64,000 nucleotides of DNA from Obrimoposthia wandeli (GCA_977020255.1 CDROCS010000122.1:1-64000); one strand, 5' to 3'. Positions 1 through 9,902 are shown, numbered from the stretch's first letter. Program-made: numbers and translations. The notes: generated by a model from the sequence alone, not told the origin.

Positions 1-211
1 TAATTGCGCCATCATCGATGAACAAGCTTGATACTGTCGTTGATAAGTAACCAACGGTTGCACCTGCGGAGAAATCTGTAAGTAATACAGCACCTAAAAG
101 AACACCTACACCCAACGAAACAAGTACTTTACGTGTAAGAATAGCTAAACCTAGTGCCACCAATGGTGGTAAAAGTGATATAGCTGAATGGGAAAAATCT
201 ACAATATTCAT
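1..211 (-). CDS. lysW: Na+/H+ antiporter NhaC-family protein, probable lysine transporter (5' part only, runs off the window)
   Basis: Manual translation from ATG at 211: MNIVDFSHSAISLLPPLVALGLAILTRKVLVSLGVGVLLGAV..., a hydrophobic NhaC-like N-terminus, directly downstream of a lysine riboswitch. Confidence 0.75.
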   Translation of the reverse strand, partial: MNIVDFSHSAISLLPPLVALGLAILTRKVLVSLGVGVLLGAVLLTDFSAGATVGYLSTTVSSLFIDDGAI

Positions 212-312
212 GATCTCTACTACAACCAGTTCTGGTCGGAGATCTACTGTTAATACGGTAAAATACCGCAATTAAAAGAGTTTAAGGAAAGAAGGTAAAC
301 CTCTCCCACCCC

Positions 313-488
313 ACAGTAGCGCTCCATAGTTAATGTAATTATATACTATGGCAGTGTTGCACCTATTCGATACAACCCCAGCAAGAACGTTTGATTAACG
401 ACTTCTTACTTCGGCATTGGCTCCTTTCACAAACAATCATCGGAATCACCCTCCTGCTTGTTACTTATAGACAATGCGCCTCTACCCT
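313..488 (-). ncRNA. Lysine riboswitch (L-box)
   Basis: Minus strand reads GGTAGAGGCGC...GAAAGG...GCCGAAG...GGGG...GAATAGG...CACTGCC...GGAGCGCTACTG, the conserved L-box motifs in order. Confidence 0.93.
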
Positions 489-505
489 TAGTTAAGGAAC
501 GGTTC

Positions 506-533
506 ATTCTACGGACTGACAATTCATTTGCAA
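506..533 (-). promoter_or_regulatory. Sigma70 promoter for the riboswitch/lysW transcript
   Basis: TTGCAA-N16-TAGAAT on the minus strand about 20 nt upstream of the riboswitch. Confidence 0.55.
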
Positions 534-861
534 CAAGTTCTAGTGCATTTTTTAACAGAAATAGTGAATAATATTGCCTTGACGGTGTTTTTTTAACCAT
601 TGAATCTGAATGCTTATCTTCATTACTATGAAATCACACTCATTAATAAACAGACATGAAATTAAATTGTATTACTGCTTATCACCCAAATCGTCCATTA
701 CATTTTTCAAAAATGAGAAGTCATTTGAAAAATAACCATTATTTAATTATTAATTAAATAAATTGTTTGGCACATTACATATAAAAGTATTACTATTGCT
801 ATAAATTAATTTTGACTGCTATTATTATTTACAGCTAGTTTAAAACTAACAGGAAATAAAA

Positions 862-1257
862 ATGTCTGACGTAATGAAAGTACTATTAAACCTACGTAGC
901 CTTCGCGCACTTTCTCGTGAATATACAGTAGAACAACTACAAGAAGCTCTTGAAAAACTACAAAGTGTCGTTGCAGAACGCACTGACGCTGAAGCTGAAG
1001 ATTTAGCTAAAGAAACTGAGCGTAAAGAGAAACTAGATCATTACCGTGAATTGCTAATGGCTGACGGTATCGATCCTGAAGAATTATTATCTAGCCTAGC
1101 TAAAGCACCTAAAGCTAAACGTGCTGTTCGTCCTGCTAAATATAAGTTCATCGATGAAAACGGCGAAGAAAAAACATGGACAGGTCAAGGCCGAACTCCA
1201 AGTGCACTTAAAAAAGCACTAGATGATGGGAAATCTTTAGAAGATTTCGAATTATAA
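862..1257 (+). CDS. hns: Nucleoid-associated protein H-NS
   Basis: [10 protein letters not shown]-terminus and [12 protein letters not shown]-binding motif; AGGA RBS. Confidence 0.95.
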   Translation: MSDVMKVLLNLRSLRALSREYTVEQLQEALEKLQSVVAERTDAEAEDLAKETERKEKLDHYRELLMADGIDPEELLSSLAKAPKAKRAVRPAKYKFIDENGEEKTWTGQGRTPSALKKALDDGKSLEDFEL

Positions 1258-1279
1258 TTTAGCTGAACTTGAGCTGAAT

Positions 1280-1306
1280 AAAACCCAGTTAACGCTGGGT
1301 TTTTTT
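1280..1306 (+). terminator. Intrinsic terminator of hns (potentially bidirectional)
   Basis: AAAACCCAG-TTAACG-CTGGGTTTTTTT. Confidence 0.85.
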
Positions 1307-1657
1307 ATACCTTTATCAAAAAAATAACACCATGAATATAAGTAACAAACATAAACCTCATTTTATTCATATACTATTATTGCCTCTCCCCATTTAAATT
1401 TAGAACATAAAATACGTTCGTAATCAGATGTAAACCAATGACACCCAAGTCAATACCTTTAAGTGTAAGCCATTGTTTTAAAATATCAAATCAACCATAA
1501 CAGCCAGTAAATTAACCCTCACCCATACTGATATCATAGCAACAGTTTTATTTCTGACTTCCTAACCAAGCCGTTATTCCAATACCAAGTAACAACAAAG
1601 ATGTAATCTTCAACCTCGCTTACACTCAAGAATACATTGGGTACGGTAATTCAGCAC

Positions 1658-1686
1658 AAAAAAGCCAGACATTAATGTCTGGCTTT
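1658..1686 (-). terminator. Intrinsic terminator of the lytic transglycosylase gene
   Basis: AAAAAAGCCAGACAT-TA-ATGTCTGGCTTT. Confidence 0.8.
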
Positions 1687-1732
1687 GAAAACCAATTATA
1701 AGTAAGGAATTAGCCTAATACAATAAAGTCGA

Positions 1733-2704
1733 TTATCGAACCTTATCTGCTAGATGGCTAACAGCCAAAGCAAAATAATGTGACCGATTCCACTTTAACA
1801 ACGTTTGGTAATTACCATAAACTAGATATGCGCGACCATGGTTATCATCTGGTTGAACCAACCAAGCATTAATGGCAACGTCAGGTAATGGTTCGCCATT
1901 AAGTTTTCGAACACCAATGCTCTGCCAATCAGCTAATGATTTACCTTTTTCCTTTTCAACGCCTTTTAAAGCTGAATTCACAGGAGAGACTAATTTAACT
2001 TGTCGTCCCCATGTATATTCATCATTCCAACCAGACATTTTTAAGTAATTAGCAGCAGAGGCAAAGACATCATCAACATTTTGCCAAATATCAACCTTGC
2101 CATCATTATTTCCATCCACAGCATAAGTCAGGAAAGAGGTCGGCATAAATTGCGGCTGTCCCATTGCACCCGCCCAAGAACCTTTCATATTCTCTGGCGT
2201 GATATGACCTTCATTCAATATTTGTAATGCTGCCATAACTTGTTTACGGAAGAAGGCTTCTCTTCGCCCATCATAAGCTAAAGTAGAAAGTGCTTCGACA
2301 ACATTATAACTCCCCATTAGACGACCAAAATTACTTTCAACCCCCCACAAGGCAACAATGAAGCGAGGTTGAACACCGTATTCACGACCAATTCGATCTA
2401 AAGCGGTTTTATGTTCTTGATATAAACGGTTCGCTTGCTTTACCTTCCAATCAGGTACTGCACGAGGAATATATTCATCAAGCGTTAACTTTTTTTCAGG
2501 CTGATTTTTATCAGCCTTTACCGCTCGTTCAGTATATTGAATATTGTCGAAAGCTGAATTGATAATCGACTCTGAAATTCCATTACTACGAGCTTCAACT
2601 TTTAATCCACTCACATATTCATCAAAACCTTCATCAGCAGAAAAAGCTGATGAAGATATCCCTAATCCAATGACCACCATGGCCGATATCAGTTGCTTGT
2701 GCAT
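1733..2704 (-). CDS. Lytic murein transglycosylase (MltB/SLT_2 family)
   Basis: Signal peptide, ALWGVESNFG catalytic Glu motif, GSWAGAMGQPQFMP; ATG at 2704 follows AGGTG (ORF track starts at 2710). Confidence 0.9.
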   Translation of the reverse strand: MHKQLISAMVVIGLGISSSAFSADEGFDEYVSGLKVEARSNGISESIINSAFDNIQYTERAVKADKNQPEKKLTLDEYIPRAVPDWKVKQANRLYQEHKTALDRIGREYGVQPRFIVALWGVESNFGRLMGSYNVVEALSTLAYDGRREAFFRKQVMAALQILNEGHITPENMKGSWAGAMGQPQFMPTSFLTYAVDGNNDGKVDIWQNVDDVFASAANYLKMSGWNDEYTWGRQVKLVSPVNSALKGVEKEKGKSLADWQSIGVRKLNGEPLPDVAINAWLVQPDDNHGRAYLVYGNYQTLLKWNRSHYFALAVSHLADKVR

Positions 2705-2712
2705 ATTCACCT

Positions 2713-2991
2713 TTACGAAGTTTGTGAGGCTTTCGCGGCCTTATATTGATGTAACAAATTGGTGATTGGGGGCGGTACTTGTAAATAAAAACCGACAGTA
2801 GCCAGTGATTCCTTCACTTTTTCCACATCAGCCAATGCCAACTTACGGCCTTCAAGCTTTAACACCATAACAAACTGCGGTGTTCCAAAGGTTCCCATTA
2901 AACTATCAGGCACATCTGAAAAGTCGTCTTTTTTATTAATATATAAGTACGTGTTTTCTTTTTTTGAGCTTTTATAAATTGAACACAACAT
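2713..2991 (-). CDS. ycgL: YcgL domain protein
   Basis: [17 protein letters not shown]...GFYLQVPPP matches YcgL; start moved to the ATG at 2991. Confidence 0.85.
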   Translation of the reverse strand: MLCSIYKSSKKENTYLYINKKDDFSDVPDSLMGTFGTPQFVMVLKLEGRKLALADVEKVKESLATVGFYLQVPPPITNLLHQYKAAKASQTS

Positions 2992-3207
2992 CAAAAATCG
3001 CCTGTTTGTTAAAGCTTCACTCAATTCAGACAATTATTTTGCTAAATCATTCCATGAAATACCGATTTGATAAGGTATCGGATGAGAAGCTTGTCTGAAT
3101 TTCCAACGCTAAGGCAAGGATAGCTTGCCGATATACCTATAGGAATATACCATGCAAGTACCTTTGTGATAACGTATCTAATTGGCTAATTCAGTTTAAG
3201 TCATATA

Positions 3208-3876
3208 ATGAACATGACCAAAATGGCAGAATTAAAAGGGAGCTCCTTTACGCTCTCCGCCCTACACTTAGTTGATGGGGATATAAAAAAGGCGACTGAT
3301 TACTTAAAAGAAAAAGTAAATCAGGCACCTAACTTCTTTGCGTCTGCACCCGTTGTAATTGATATAACGCAAGCAGGACGTAAAATTAATTTTAAGCAGT
3401 TAAAAGATGATGTAACAGACGCAGGTATGATTCCTGTTGGTGTTAGTGGCTGTAAAGACATTCGCATGCAAAATGAAGCAAAATCAGCAGGCTTTGCTAT
3501 CATGAATGCTGCACGGCAGGTTAAGGATATGCCTGTTACTATCGAACCAACACGAATTATTCGTACCCCGGTACGTTCCGGACAACAAATATATGCAAAA
3601 AATTGTGACCTCGTTGTTATGAACCATGTCAGCGCTGGTGCCGAAATTATTGCTGATGGTTGCATTCATGTTTACGGCAACCTACGAGGGCGCGCAATTG
3701 CGGGTGCTAATGGTCAGCACCAAGCGCAAATTTTTTGTCAGAATATACAATCTGAGTTGATTTCTATTGCTGGTAACTACTGGCTTAGTGATAAAATCAA
3801 GGAAGAATTCTGGGGTAAAGGTGTCGTTATCTCACTTGCAGAAAATAATTTAAACATAGAGCATTTAACTCTATAA
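3208..3876 (+). CDS. minC: Septum site-determining protein MinC
   Basis: ELKGSSFTL N-terminus; PVRSGQQIYA and VSAGAEIIADG motifs. Confidence 0.95.
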   Translation: MNMTKMAELKGSSFTLSALHLVDGDIKKATDYLKEKVNQAPNFFASAPVVIDITQAGRKINFKQLKDDVTDAGMIPVGVSGCKDIRMQNEAKSAGFAIMNAARQVKDMPVTIEPTRIIRTPVRSGQQIYAKNCDLVVMNHVSAGAEIIADGCIHVYGNLRGRAIAGANGQHQAQIFCQNIQSELISIAGNYWLSDKIKEEFWGKGVVISLAENNLNIEHLTL

Positions 3877-3898
3877 CGTTTGATAAGGAATTTAATAG

Positions 3899-4711
3899 AT
3901 GGCGCGTGTTATCGTTGTTACCTCAGGCAAAGGTGGTGTTGGTAAAACCACATCAAGTGCGGCAATCGCATGCGGTTTAGCCTTGGCTGGAAAAAAAACG
4001 GCTGTAATCGATTTTGATATCGGTTTGCGTAATCTTGATTTAATCATGGGTTGCGAGCGTCGTGTTGTATATGACTTTGTCAATGTCATAAATGGCGAAG
4101 CCAGCCTGAATCAAGCTCTAATAAAAGACAAACGTGTTAATAACCTTTTTGTGCTTCCGGCCTCTCAAACACGAGATAAAGATGCGCTTACAAAAGAAGG
4201 TGTCGAGCGCATCCTAAACGAACTTGATGAAATGGGTTTTGATTTCGTTATTTGTGATTCACCGGCAGGTATCGAGACAGGCGCTTTAATGGCTTTATAC
4301 TTTGCCGATGAAGCCATTGTAACAACCAACCCTGAAGTCTCTTCAGTTCGCGACTCAGACCGTATTTTAGGCATTCTAGATTCGAAGTCTCGCCGAGCAG
4401 AACAAGCTGAAGAGCCAGTTAAGCAACACTTGTTGTTGACACGTTACAATCCAGCACGTGTTACTAACGGCGATATGTTGAGTGTTCAAGATGTCGAAGA
4501 CATTCTACACATTCCACTTTTAGGTGTTATTCCTGAAAGCCAAGCGGTACTCAACGCATCAAACAAAGGTGAACCCGTTATCTTTGATACAGAATCTGAT
4601 GCTGGGTTGGCATACGGCGATACTATCGCACGTTTACTGGGCGAAGAACGCCCATTCCGTTTCTTAGAGGAAGAGAAAAAAGGCTTCCTTAAACGCTTAT
4701 TTGGAGGCTAA
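3899..4711 (+). CDS. minD: Septum site-determining ATPase MinD
   Basis: TSGKGGVGKTT deviant Walker A; C-terminal membrane helix GFLKRLFGG. Confidence 0.98.
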   Translation: MARVIVVTSGKGGVGKTTSSAAIACGLALAGKKTAVIDFDIGLRNLDLIMGCERRVVYDFVNVINGEASLNQALIKDKRVNNLFVLPASQTRDKDALTKEGVERILNELDEMGFDFVICDSPAGIETGALMALYFADEAIVTTNPEVSSVRDSDRILGILDSKSRRAEQAEEPVKQHLLLTRYNPARVTNGDMLSVQDVEDILHIPLLGVIPESQAVLNASNKGEPVIFDTESDAGLAYGDTIARLLGEERPFRFLEEEKKGFLKRLFGG

Positions 4712-4717
4712 TTTATT

Positions 4718-4978
4718 ATGGCTTTGCTAGAGTTCTTCCGTCCAAAGAAGGCAACTACGGCAAGCGTAGCGAAAGAAAGGCTACAAATTATTGTTGCTGA
4801 ACGTCGTTCTGCTGGTCAAGCTGCACCCTCTTATTTACCTCAACTGAAGCTTGATCTTCTAGAGGTTATTAGAAAATACGTGAATATCAATCCAGATCAA
4901 GTGAGTGTCAATCTCGATCAAAAAGACGAAGATCTGTCTGTTCTTGAGCTCAACGTTACGTTGCCTGAAGATAAATAA
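4718..4978 (+). CDS. minE: Cell division topological specificity factor MinE
   Basis: [17 protein letters not shown] motif, downstream of minD. Confidence 0.97.
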   Translation: MALLEFFRPKKATTASVAKERLQIIVAERRSAGQAAPSYLPQLKLDLLEVIRKYVNINPDQVSVNLDQKDEDLSVLELNVTLPEDK

Positions 4979-4980
4979 TA

Positions 4981-5013
4981 AAAAGCCCTGAAAGTATCTT
5001 TCAGGGCTTTTTT
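4981..5013. terminator. Bidirectional terminator between convergent minE and rnd
   Basis: AAAAGCCCTGAAAG-TAT-CTTTCAGGGCTTTTTT. Confidence 0.85.
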
Positions 5014-5036
5014 AAAACCAAAATAAAACGTATTGT

Positions 5037-6161
5037 CTATTTCTTATTCAGTAACGGTAACACACGTTCTTCAAACAATGGTTTACGCCATGTTTTTAGC
5101 ATATCAGGCAACTTATCGTCTGATTTTTGGTATTTCCACGCCCATGAAATCAGTTGATTTATCTGCTTTTTAGACGCTAAGAACTCAGGTACAAGGCCAG
5201 TTTCTACCTCGACTTTAGTGACCACATCTTTGATATGTTTCACCACCTGCTTGTAACCAGAAAGGTCGACCAAGCGGACAATTTTTTCTGGGTACTGTTC
5301 AGCTGGAATATCTTCTACATCCTGAACAATCCTTAAAAGTCGATTACCATGGCGTTGAACTTCCATGCTCTCGAAACCTTCAGTCGACATCACCGATTTT
5401 GACTGAATATTACATTTAGCCAACTTCCAGATATGTAGTTCTTTCACCACGAAGTTTAATGCTATGTCGCGCTTACGAGCTTCTAAAATTCGCCACTTCG
5501 CAGCTTGCTGCAATACCGCTAATTGCTTAGGATTTAATTGCCAAGCATTTTTCACTAAACGATAAGCTTTATCTAAATCAATGCCTTTCGTACGCTTCTG
5601 CATCAAAGCTGCGCATTCTAATTCTAATGCTTCCATCCAGCCTTTCGCTTTTACTTTTTCAAGTAACGTTTCATACAAAGGCAACAAATAAAAGACATCT
5701 GCAGCGGCGTAGTCGAGTTGCTTATCTGTAAGTGGGCGCGCTAACCAGTTAGTACGTGCTTCGCCTTTTTCTAGATCGACACCAACATATTCACTGACTA
5801 AAGAGCCAAAACCTGCTGAAACACCATGGCCTAAGAATGCCGCCATTAATTGTGTATCGATCATTGGTGTTGGTAAGCAGCCGGCATGGTGCTGGAATAC
5901 TTCCAAATCTTCACCGCAAGCATGAAGTACTTTGATAACAGATTGATCACGCAGTAAATCCCAAAAAGGTGCTAAGTCTTCAATTTCAATAGGATCAATC
6001 AATACAAGATTATCGCCATCAAACATTTGAATAAGACCCAGCTTCGGGTATAGCGTGCGAGTACGTACAAATTCGGTATCAAGCATGACTACCGAGTGCG
6101 TGCGTGCATGATCACAGATAGTGTCTAAACGTTGAGTTGTCGTTATTATTTCAAAATTCAC
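5037..6161 (-). CDS. rnd: Ribonuclease D
   Basis: DTEFVRTRT exonuclease motif, W..RPL...QL.YAAADV, HRDC region. Confidence 0.95.
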   Translation of the reverse strand: MNFEIITTTQRLDTICDHARTHSVVMLDTEFVRTRTLYPKLGLIQMFDGDNLVLIDPIEIEDLAPFWDLLRDQSVIKVLHACGEDLEVFQHHAGCLPTPMIDTQLMAAFLGHGVSAGFGSLVSEYVGVDLEKGEARTNWLARPLTDKQLDYAAADVFYLLPLYETLLEKVKAKGWMEALELECAALMQKRTKGIDLDKAYRLVKNAWQLNPKQLAVLQQAAKWRILEARKRDIALNFVVKELHIWKLAKCNIQSKSVMSTEGFESMEVQRHGNRLLRIVQDVEDIPAEQYPEKIVRLVDLSGYKQVVKHIKDVVTKVEVETGLVPEFLASKKQINQLISWAWKYQKSDDKLPDMLKTWRKPLFEERVLPLLNKK

Positions 6162-6433
6162 AGCAAACCTTATTTAGCTGGCGGTTATATCTACTAATTC
6201 ATATTCACAAATTAATCACGATATTCAATCATGTTACGCCCGTAGCTATTTCGTACAAGAGCGATAAAAGAAGTGATATAAATCCCCTACAAAGAAGAAC
6301 TATCCACCACGATTTAATCGCTACTATACGAAATAGCAATGAGCTAACACCCAATGATACAGACAATTTACGATTAAGTACCTTAACGAATTAATACTAT
6401 AGAAACTTGGGTATAACAATCATCATCTCAAAT

Positions 6434-6463
6434 AAAAAGTGCCGACTATAATAGCCAGCACTT
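6434..6463 (-). terminator. Probable terminator of fadD
   Basis: Minus strand AAGTGCTGGC-TATTATA-GTCGGCACTTTTT. Confidence 0.7.
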
Positions 6464-6518
6464 AATTGTAACCTTTTTTGCCTCTAGCGTATTTCGGTTT
6501 TTAACTCTCGAATACATT

Positions 6519-6572
6519 ATCAGAAACAAAAGCGCCATCAAAAACAGAGGCTTCATCAGAAACAAAAGCTTC
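6519..6572. repeat. Three tandem 18-nt repeats immediately after the fadD stop
   Basis: ATCAGAAACAAAAGCGCC / ATCAAAAACAGAGGCTTC / ATCAGAAACAAAAGCTTC. Confidence 0.9.
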
Positions 6573-6573
6573 G

Positions 6574-8265
6574 TTATGCATCTTGGGCGTTAGCTGCATT
6601 TTCTGATTCTTCACGTAAAGCACGGCGTAAAATTTTACCAACGCTGGTCTTTGGTAACTCCTCGCGAAATTCAACGATCTTAGGAATTTTATAACCTGTT
6701 AAATGCTCACGACAATGCATTAAAAGCTCATCACGCGTTAGACTCGAATCACGAGGGACAATACACACTTTCACTATTTCGCCTGACACTTCGTGCTTTT
6801 GACCAATGGCTGCTACTTCAAGCACTTTAGGGTGAAGTGCTATAACATCTTCTATCTCATTCGGATAAACATTAAACCCTGAAACAAGAATCATGTCTTT
6901 CTTACGGTCTACAATATGCAGGAAGCCTTCATCATCAAAACGAACGACATCACCGGTTGAAAGCCACCCATCATCAGTTAGAACATCTTTTGTCGCTTCA
7001 GGACGCTGCCAGTAACCTTTCATCACCTGAGGACCACGTACCTGTAGTTCACCCGTTTGATCATTAGGGAGTACATTACCTTCGTCGTCGACAATACGTA
7101 CATCCGTTGAAGGGACAGGTAAGCCAATAGAACCATTATAGTCAACCAGATTATGAGGGTAAGCCGCAACAAGCGGTGCACACTCCGTTAAACCATAACC
7201 TTCAAGTAAGTATGTTTTCGTAATGTCTTTCCATTTTTCAGCAACTGCACGCTGAACGGCCATTCCGCCACCAACAGATAAACGTAAGTTACTAAAATCT
7301 AACTCATGGAAATCTTCATTATTCAATAATGCATTAAACAGCGTATTCACGCCGGTAATTGCGGTAAATTGATAGCGTTGCAATTCTTTAACAAACGTAG
7401 GAATATCACGAGGATTAGTAATCAATAAGTTCTGACCACCAATTTCAATAAACAACAAGCAGTTAACAGTCAGTGCAAACACATGGTACAAAGGTAGCGC
7501 TGTAACAATTAATTCTCGACCATCGGTTAATACTGGTCCGTAAGCACCTTTTGCTTGCATCACGTTAGCAAGCATATTGCGATGAGTCAGAATCGCTCCC
7601 TTTGCAATACCTGTTGTACCACCAGTGTATTGAAGGAATGCGGTATCTTCGCCAGATAAGAAGGGTTTGACGTATTGCATACGACGACCTTTCTTTAATG
7701 CAGCACGCATTGATGTCGCATGTGGAAGGTGATACTTAGGCACCATCTTTTTCACATACTTAACAACAAAATTAACCAATGTGCCCTTAGGGCGAGAAAG
7801 CTGATCACCGAGGTTCGTTAAAATAACATGGTTAATACAGGTATTTTTAACCACCTTTTCTAAAGTGTGTGCAAAGTTTGAGACGATCACAATGGCTTTC
7901 GCGCCTGAATCGTTAAGTTGATGTTCTAACTCACGGGGTGTGTAAAGTGGGTTAACGTTAACGACGACACAACCAGCACGAAGAATACCGAATAAAGCAA
8001 TTGGATACTGCAACAAGTTGGGCATCATTACCGCTACGCGATCGCCTTTCTTTAGCTTCAGGTCATTTTGCAAATAAGCAGCAAAAGCACGGCTGCGCTC
8101 TTCCAACTTACGGAAAGTCATTACCTGGCCCATATTAATAAATGCTGTTTGATCTGCAAACTTATGTACAGATTGCTCAAACATTTCAACCAGTGACGGG
8201 TATGCATCCGGGTTAATTTCAGCCGGTACATCTTCCGGATAGCGGTTAAGCCAAACCTTATCCAA
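6574..8265 (-). CDS. fadD: Long-chain fatty acid-CoA ligase
   Basis: YTGGTTG..KG AMP-binding motif, GYGLTE, DRKKD. Confidence 0.97.
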   Translation of the reverse strand: MDKVWLNRYPEDVPAEINPDAYPSLVEMFEQSVHKFADQTAFINMGQVMTFRKLEERSRAFAAYLQNDLKLKKGDRVAVMMPNLLQYPIALFGILRAGCVVVNVNPLYTPRELEHQLNDSGAKAIVIVSNFAHTLEKVVKNTCINHVILTNLGDQLSRPKGTLVNFVVKYVKKMVPKYHLPHATSMRAALKKGRRMQYVKPFLSGEDTAFLQYTGGTTGIAKGAILTHRNMLANVMQAKGAYGPVLTDGRELIVTALPLYHVFALTVNCLLFIEIGGQNLLITNPRDIPTFVKELQRYQFTAITGVNTLFNALLNNEDFHELDFSNLRLSVGGGMAVQRAVAEKWKDITKTYLLEGYGLTECAPLVAAYPHNLVDYNGSIGLPVPSTDVRIVDDEGNVLPNDQTGELQVRGPQVMKGYWQRPEATKDVLTDDGWLSTGDVVRFDDEGFLHIVDRKKDMILVSGFNVYPNEIEDVIALHPKVLEVAAIGQKHEVSGEIVKVCIVPRDSSLTRDELLMHCREHLTGYKIPKIVEFREELPKTSVGKILRRALREESENAANAQDA

Positions 8266-8375
8266 TTGTATTCTCCTTCTTTTCTATGGCATTTCGCCAT
8301 TAACTCTACTGTATGAGCTCATTAAACAATTGTTTATGCTCAGTATTACAGCACAACCAATAAATAATTAACATA

Positions 8376-8392
8376 GACTGATTAGACCAGCC
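8376..8392 (-). promoter_or_regulatory. FadR operator upstream of fadD
   Basis: GGCTGGTCTAATCAGTC matches the RCTGGTCnGACCAG FadR consensus, at the expected position. Confidence 0.75.
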
Positions 8393-8413
8393 ATGTGAAG
8401 TTTGAAGTCAACA

Positions 8414-9316
8414 TCAAAACCCTTGCGTGAAGGTCAAAATATGGCGGTACACATCATTTGGACTGTCGATATGACAATGATGACCTCCCGTCACTTTCAC
8501 CTGATTAAAATGCTGAAACCAACCTCTTTCCGGGGTTTTTCGTTGTAATTGTTGAAAACCATTATTGCCAACAATTGATAATACTGGGCATTGAATCTGC
8601 GACATTAATGCTTGTGCATGCTCTTCAGCCATTCGATATAGTGAATCACACCGCAATCGCTCATCATGACGCCAATACCAATGTTCGCCATCCGTTTCTG
8701 TTCCTCGTTCCACTAACGGGTACAGATCAGATTTTGATAGCTTATTAATAACACTACGTAAATTCAACGCCTCTTCAAAGGACGCCATTTTTCGTTTGGG
8801 ACGCGTAGCATTTCGTTGCCGATAACGTTGACGGCTCGTAATGCCTTGCTTTAATCGTAAAGCGGTATTATCGGTTGTTTCATAAAGCGGCGTTAAACCT
8901 TCTATTAACACAATACCTTGTACTTTTTCAGGAAACGCAGCGGCATAACAACCCGCAACAATAGCCCCTAAAGAATGCCCCACTAAATAAAGATTTTGCA
9001 CTGACAAAACCTCAACAACTTGATGTAAATCATCAATATAATCAACAAAGTGATAATAGTTATCACTATAACGGTGTTCAGATAAGCCATGCCCCGGCCA
9101 ATCAAGCGCCACGACATGATAGTGTTTCATTAAGTCTGCAAATAACACGTCAAAGCTGGCGGCATTGTCTTGCCAACCATGCAGCATTAACAAGGTTGGT
9201 TTCTCTATACCGTTATTTTTTTCTATCGGCACTGACAAGCTATTATTACTGTTTTTAAACGAGCAAAGCCCAGCCAACTGTTTTTCAGCTAGCTGAATAA
9301 AAATATTGTTCATCAC
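8414..9316 (-). CDS. Alpha/beta fold hydrolase
   Basis: HGWQDN oxyanion motif, GHSLG nucleophile elbow, GGHH catalytic His. Confidence 0.9.
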   Translation of the reverse strand: MMNNIFIQLAEKQLAGLCSFKNSNNSLSVPIEKNNGIEKPTLLMLHGWQDNAASFDVLFADLMKHYHVVALDWPGHGLSEHRYSDNYYHFVDYIDDLHQVVEVLSVQNLYLVGHSLGAIVAGCYAAAFPEKVQGIVLIEGLTPLYETTDNTALRLKQGITSRQRYRQRNATRPKRKMASFEEALNLRSVINKLSKSDLYPLVERGTETDGEHWYWRHDERLRCDSLYRMAEEHAQALMSQIQCPVLSIVGNNGFQQLQRKTPERGWFQHFNQVKVTGGHHCHIDSPNDVYRHILTFTQGF

Positions 9317-9347
9317 GTTTAAGTCTCTAATGACTGATGATATCCGG

Positions 9348-9902
9348 TTACTTCGTTACACGTTGCTTTACTTCACCTCGTGTCGAACCAAAACCATAAT
9401 TCATAAACGAACAGCGAGTACCTATACAACTATGATACGCATCGAAATTATCAATACGTATTTCTTGTTTAATCTGCCAGATTTGAGAACCAGAAACCGT
9501 CACGACGGGAAATGTATAGTCAAATTCCCCAACCTTACCTTTCTCATTACCATCTAGCGTACCGACAACCGTTAATAAACGCCCTTGGGTATATTCTAGT
9601 GGTTCAAGAAACCCATCAACATAAGCAACGAATCGACCTTGTGGCTTCTCATCCAATTTTGGACGACCATCAGAGGTTAAAGGCAAGCTTGCCATTTCAA
9701 TACGTGTTCGATGCTTTTCATTGGTAATCGAGGCAATAATTCCGCCAAGACGTACCTCTTTATGCTGTACAAATGCGGGATCATCAACGATCGTCGCAAA
9801 GTCAGTTATTGGGGCTTCAGTCTGAGTTTTCAGGCTATCTGGTATGCTGGCGCAGCCTACCACAAAGAAGATAAACAGCCCAAGAAATAGCTTTCTAAAC
9901 AT
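9348..9902 (-). CDS. slp: Slp-family outer membrane lipoprotein (YeaY-like)
   Basis: Lipobox VVGC, VRLGG.I and GFLEP..Y..GR motifs; ATG at 9902 follows GGAG. Confidence 0.85.
   Translation of the reverse strand: MFRKLFLGLFIFFVVGCASIPDSLKTQTEAPITDFATIVDDPAFVQHKEVRLGGIIASITNEKHRTRIEMASLPLTSDGRPKLDEKPQGRFVAYVDGFLEPLEYTQGRLLTVVGTLDGNEKGKVGEFDYTFPVVTVSGSQIWQIKQEIRIDNFDAYHSCIGTRCSFMNYGFGSTRGEVKQRVTK

Noticed and set aside
1443-1644. ACCCAAGTCA...TTGGGTA as a third, long MITE copy
   Set aside because: Only 7-10 nt match at each end and there is no internal similarity to the two good copies.
6137-6394. 85-aa plus-strand ORF in the rnd-fadD gap
   Set aside because: It overlaps the rnd start antisense, has no RBS, and has a composition typical of non-coding AT-rich DNA.
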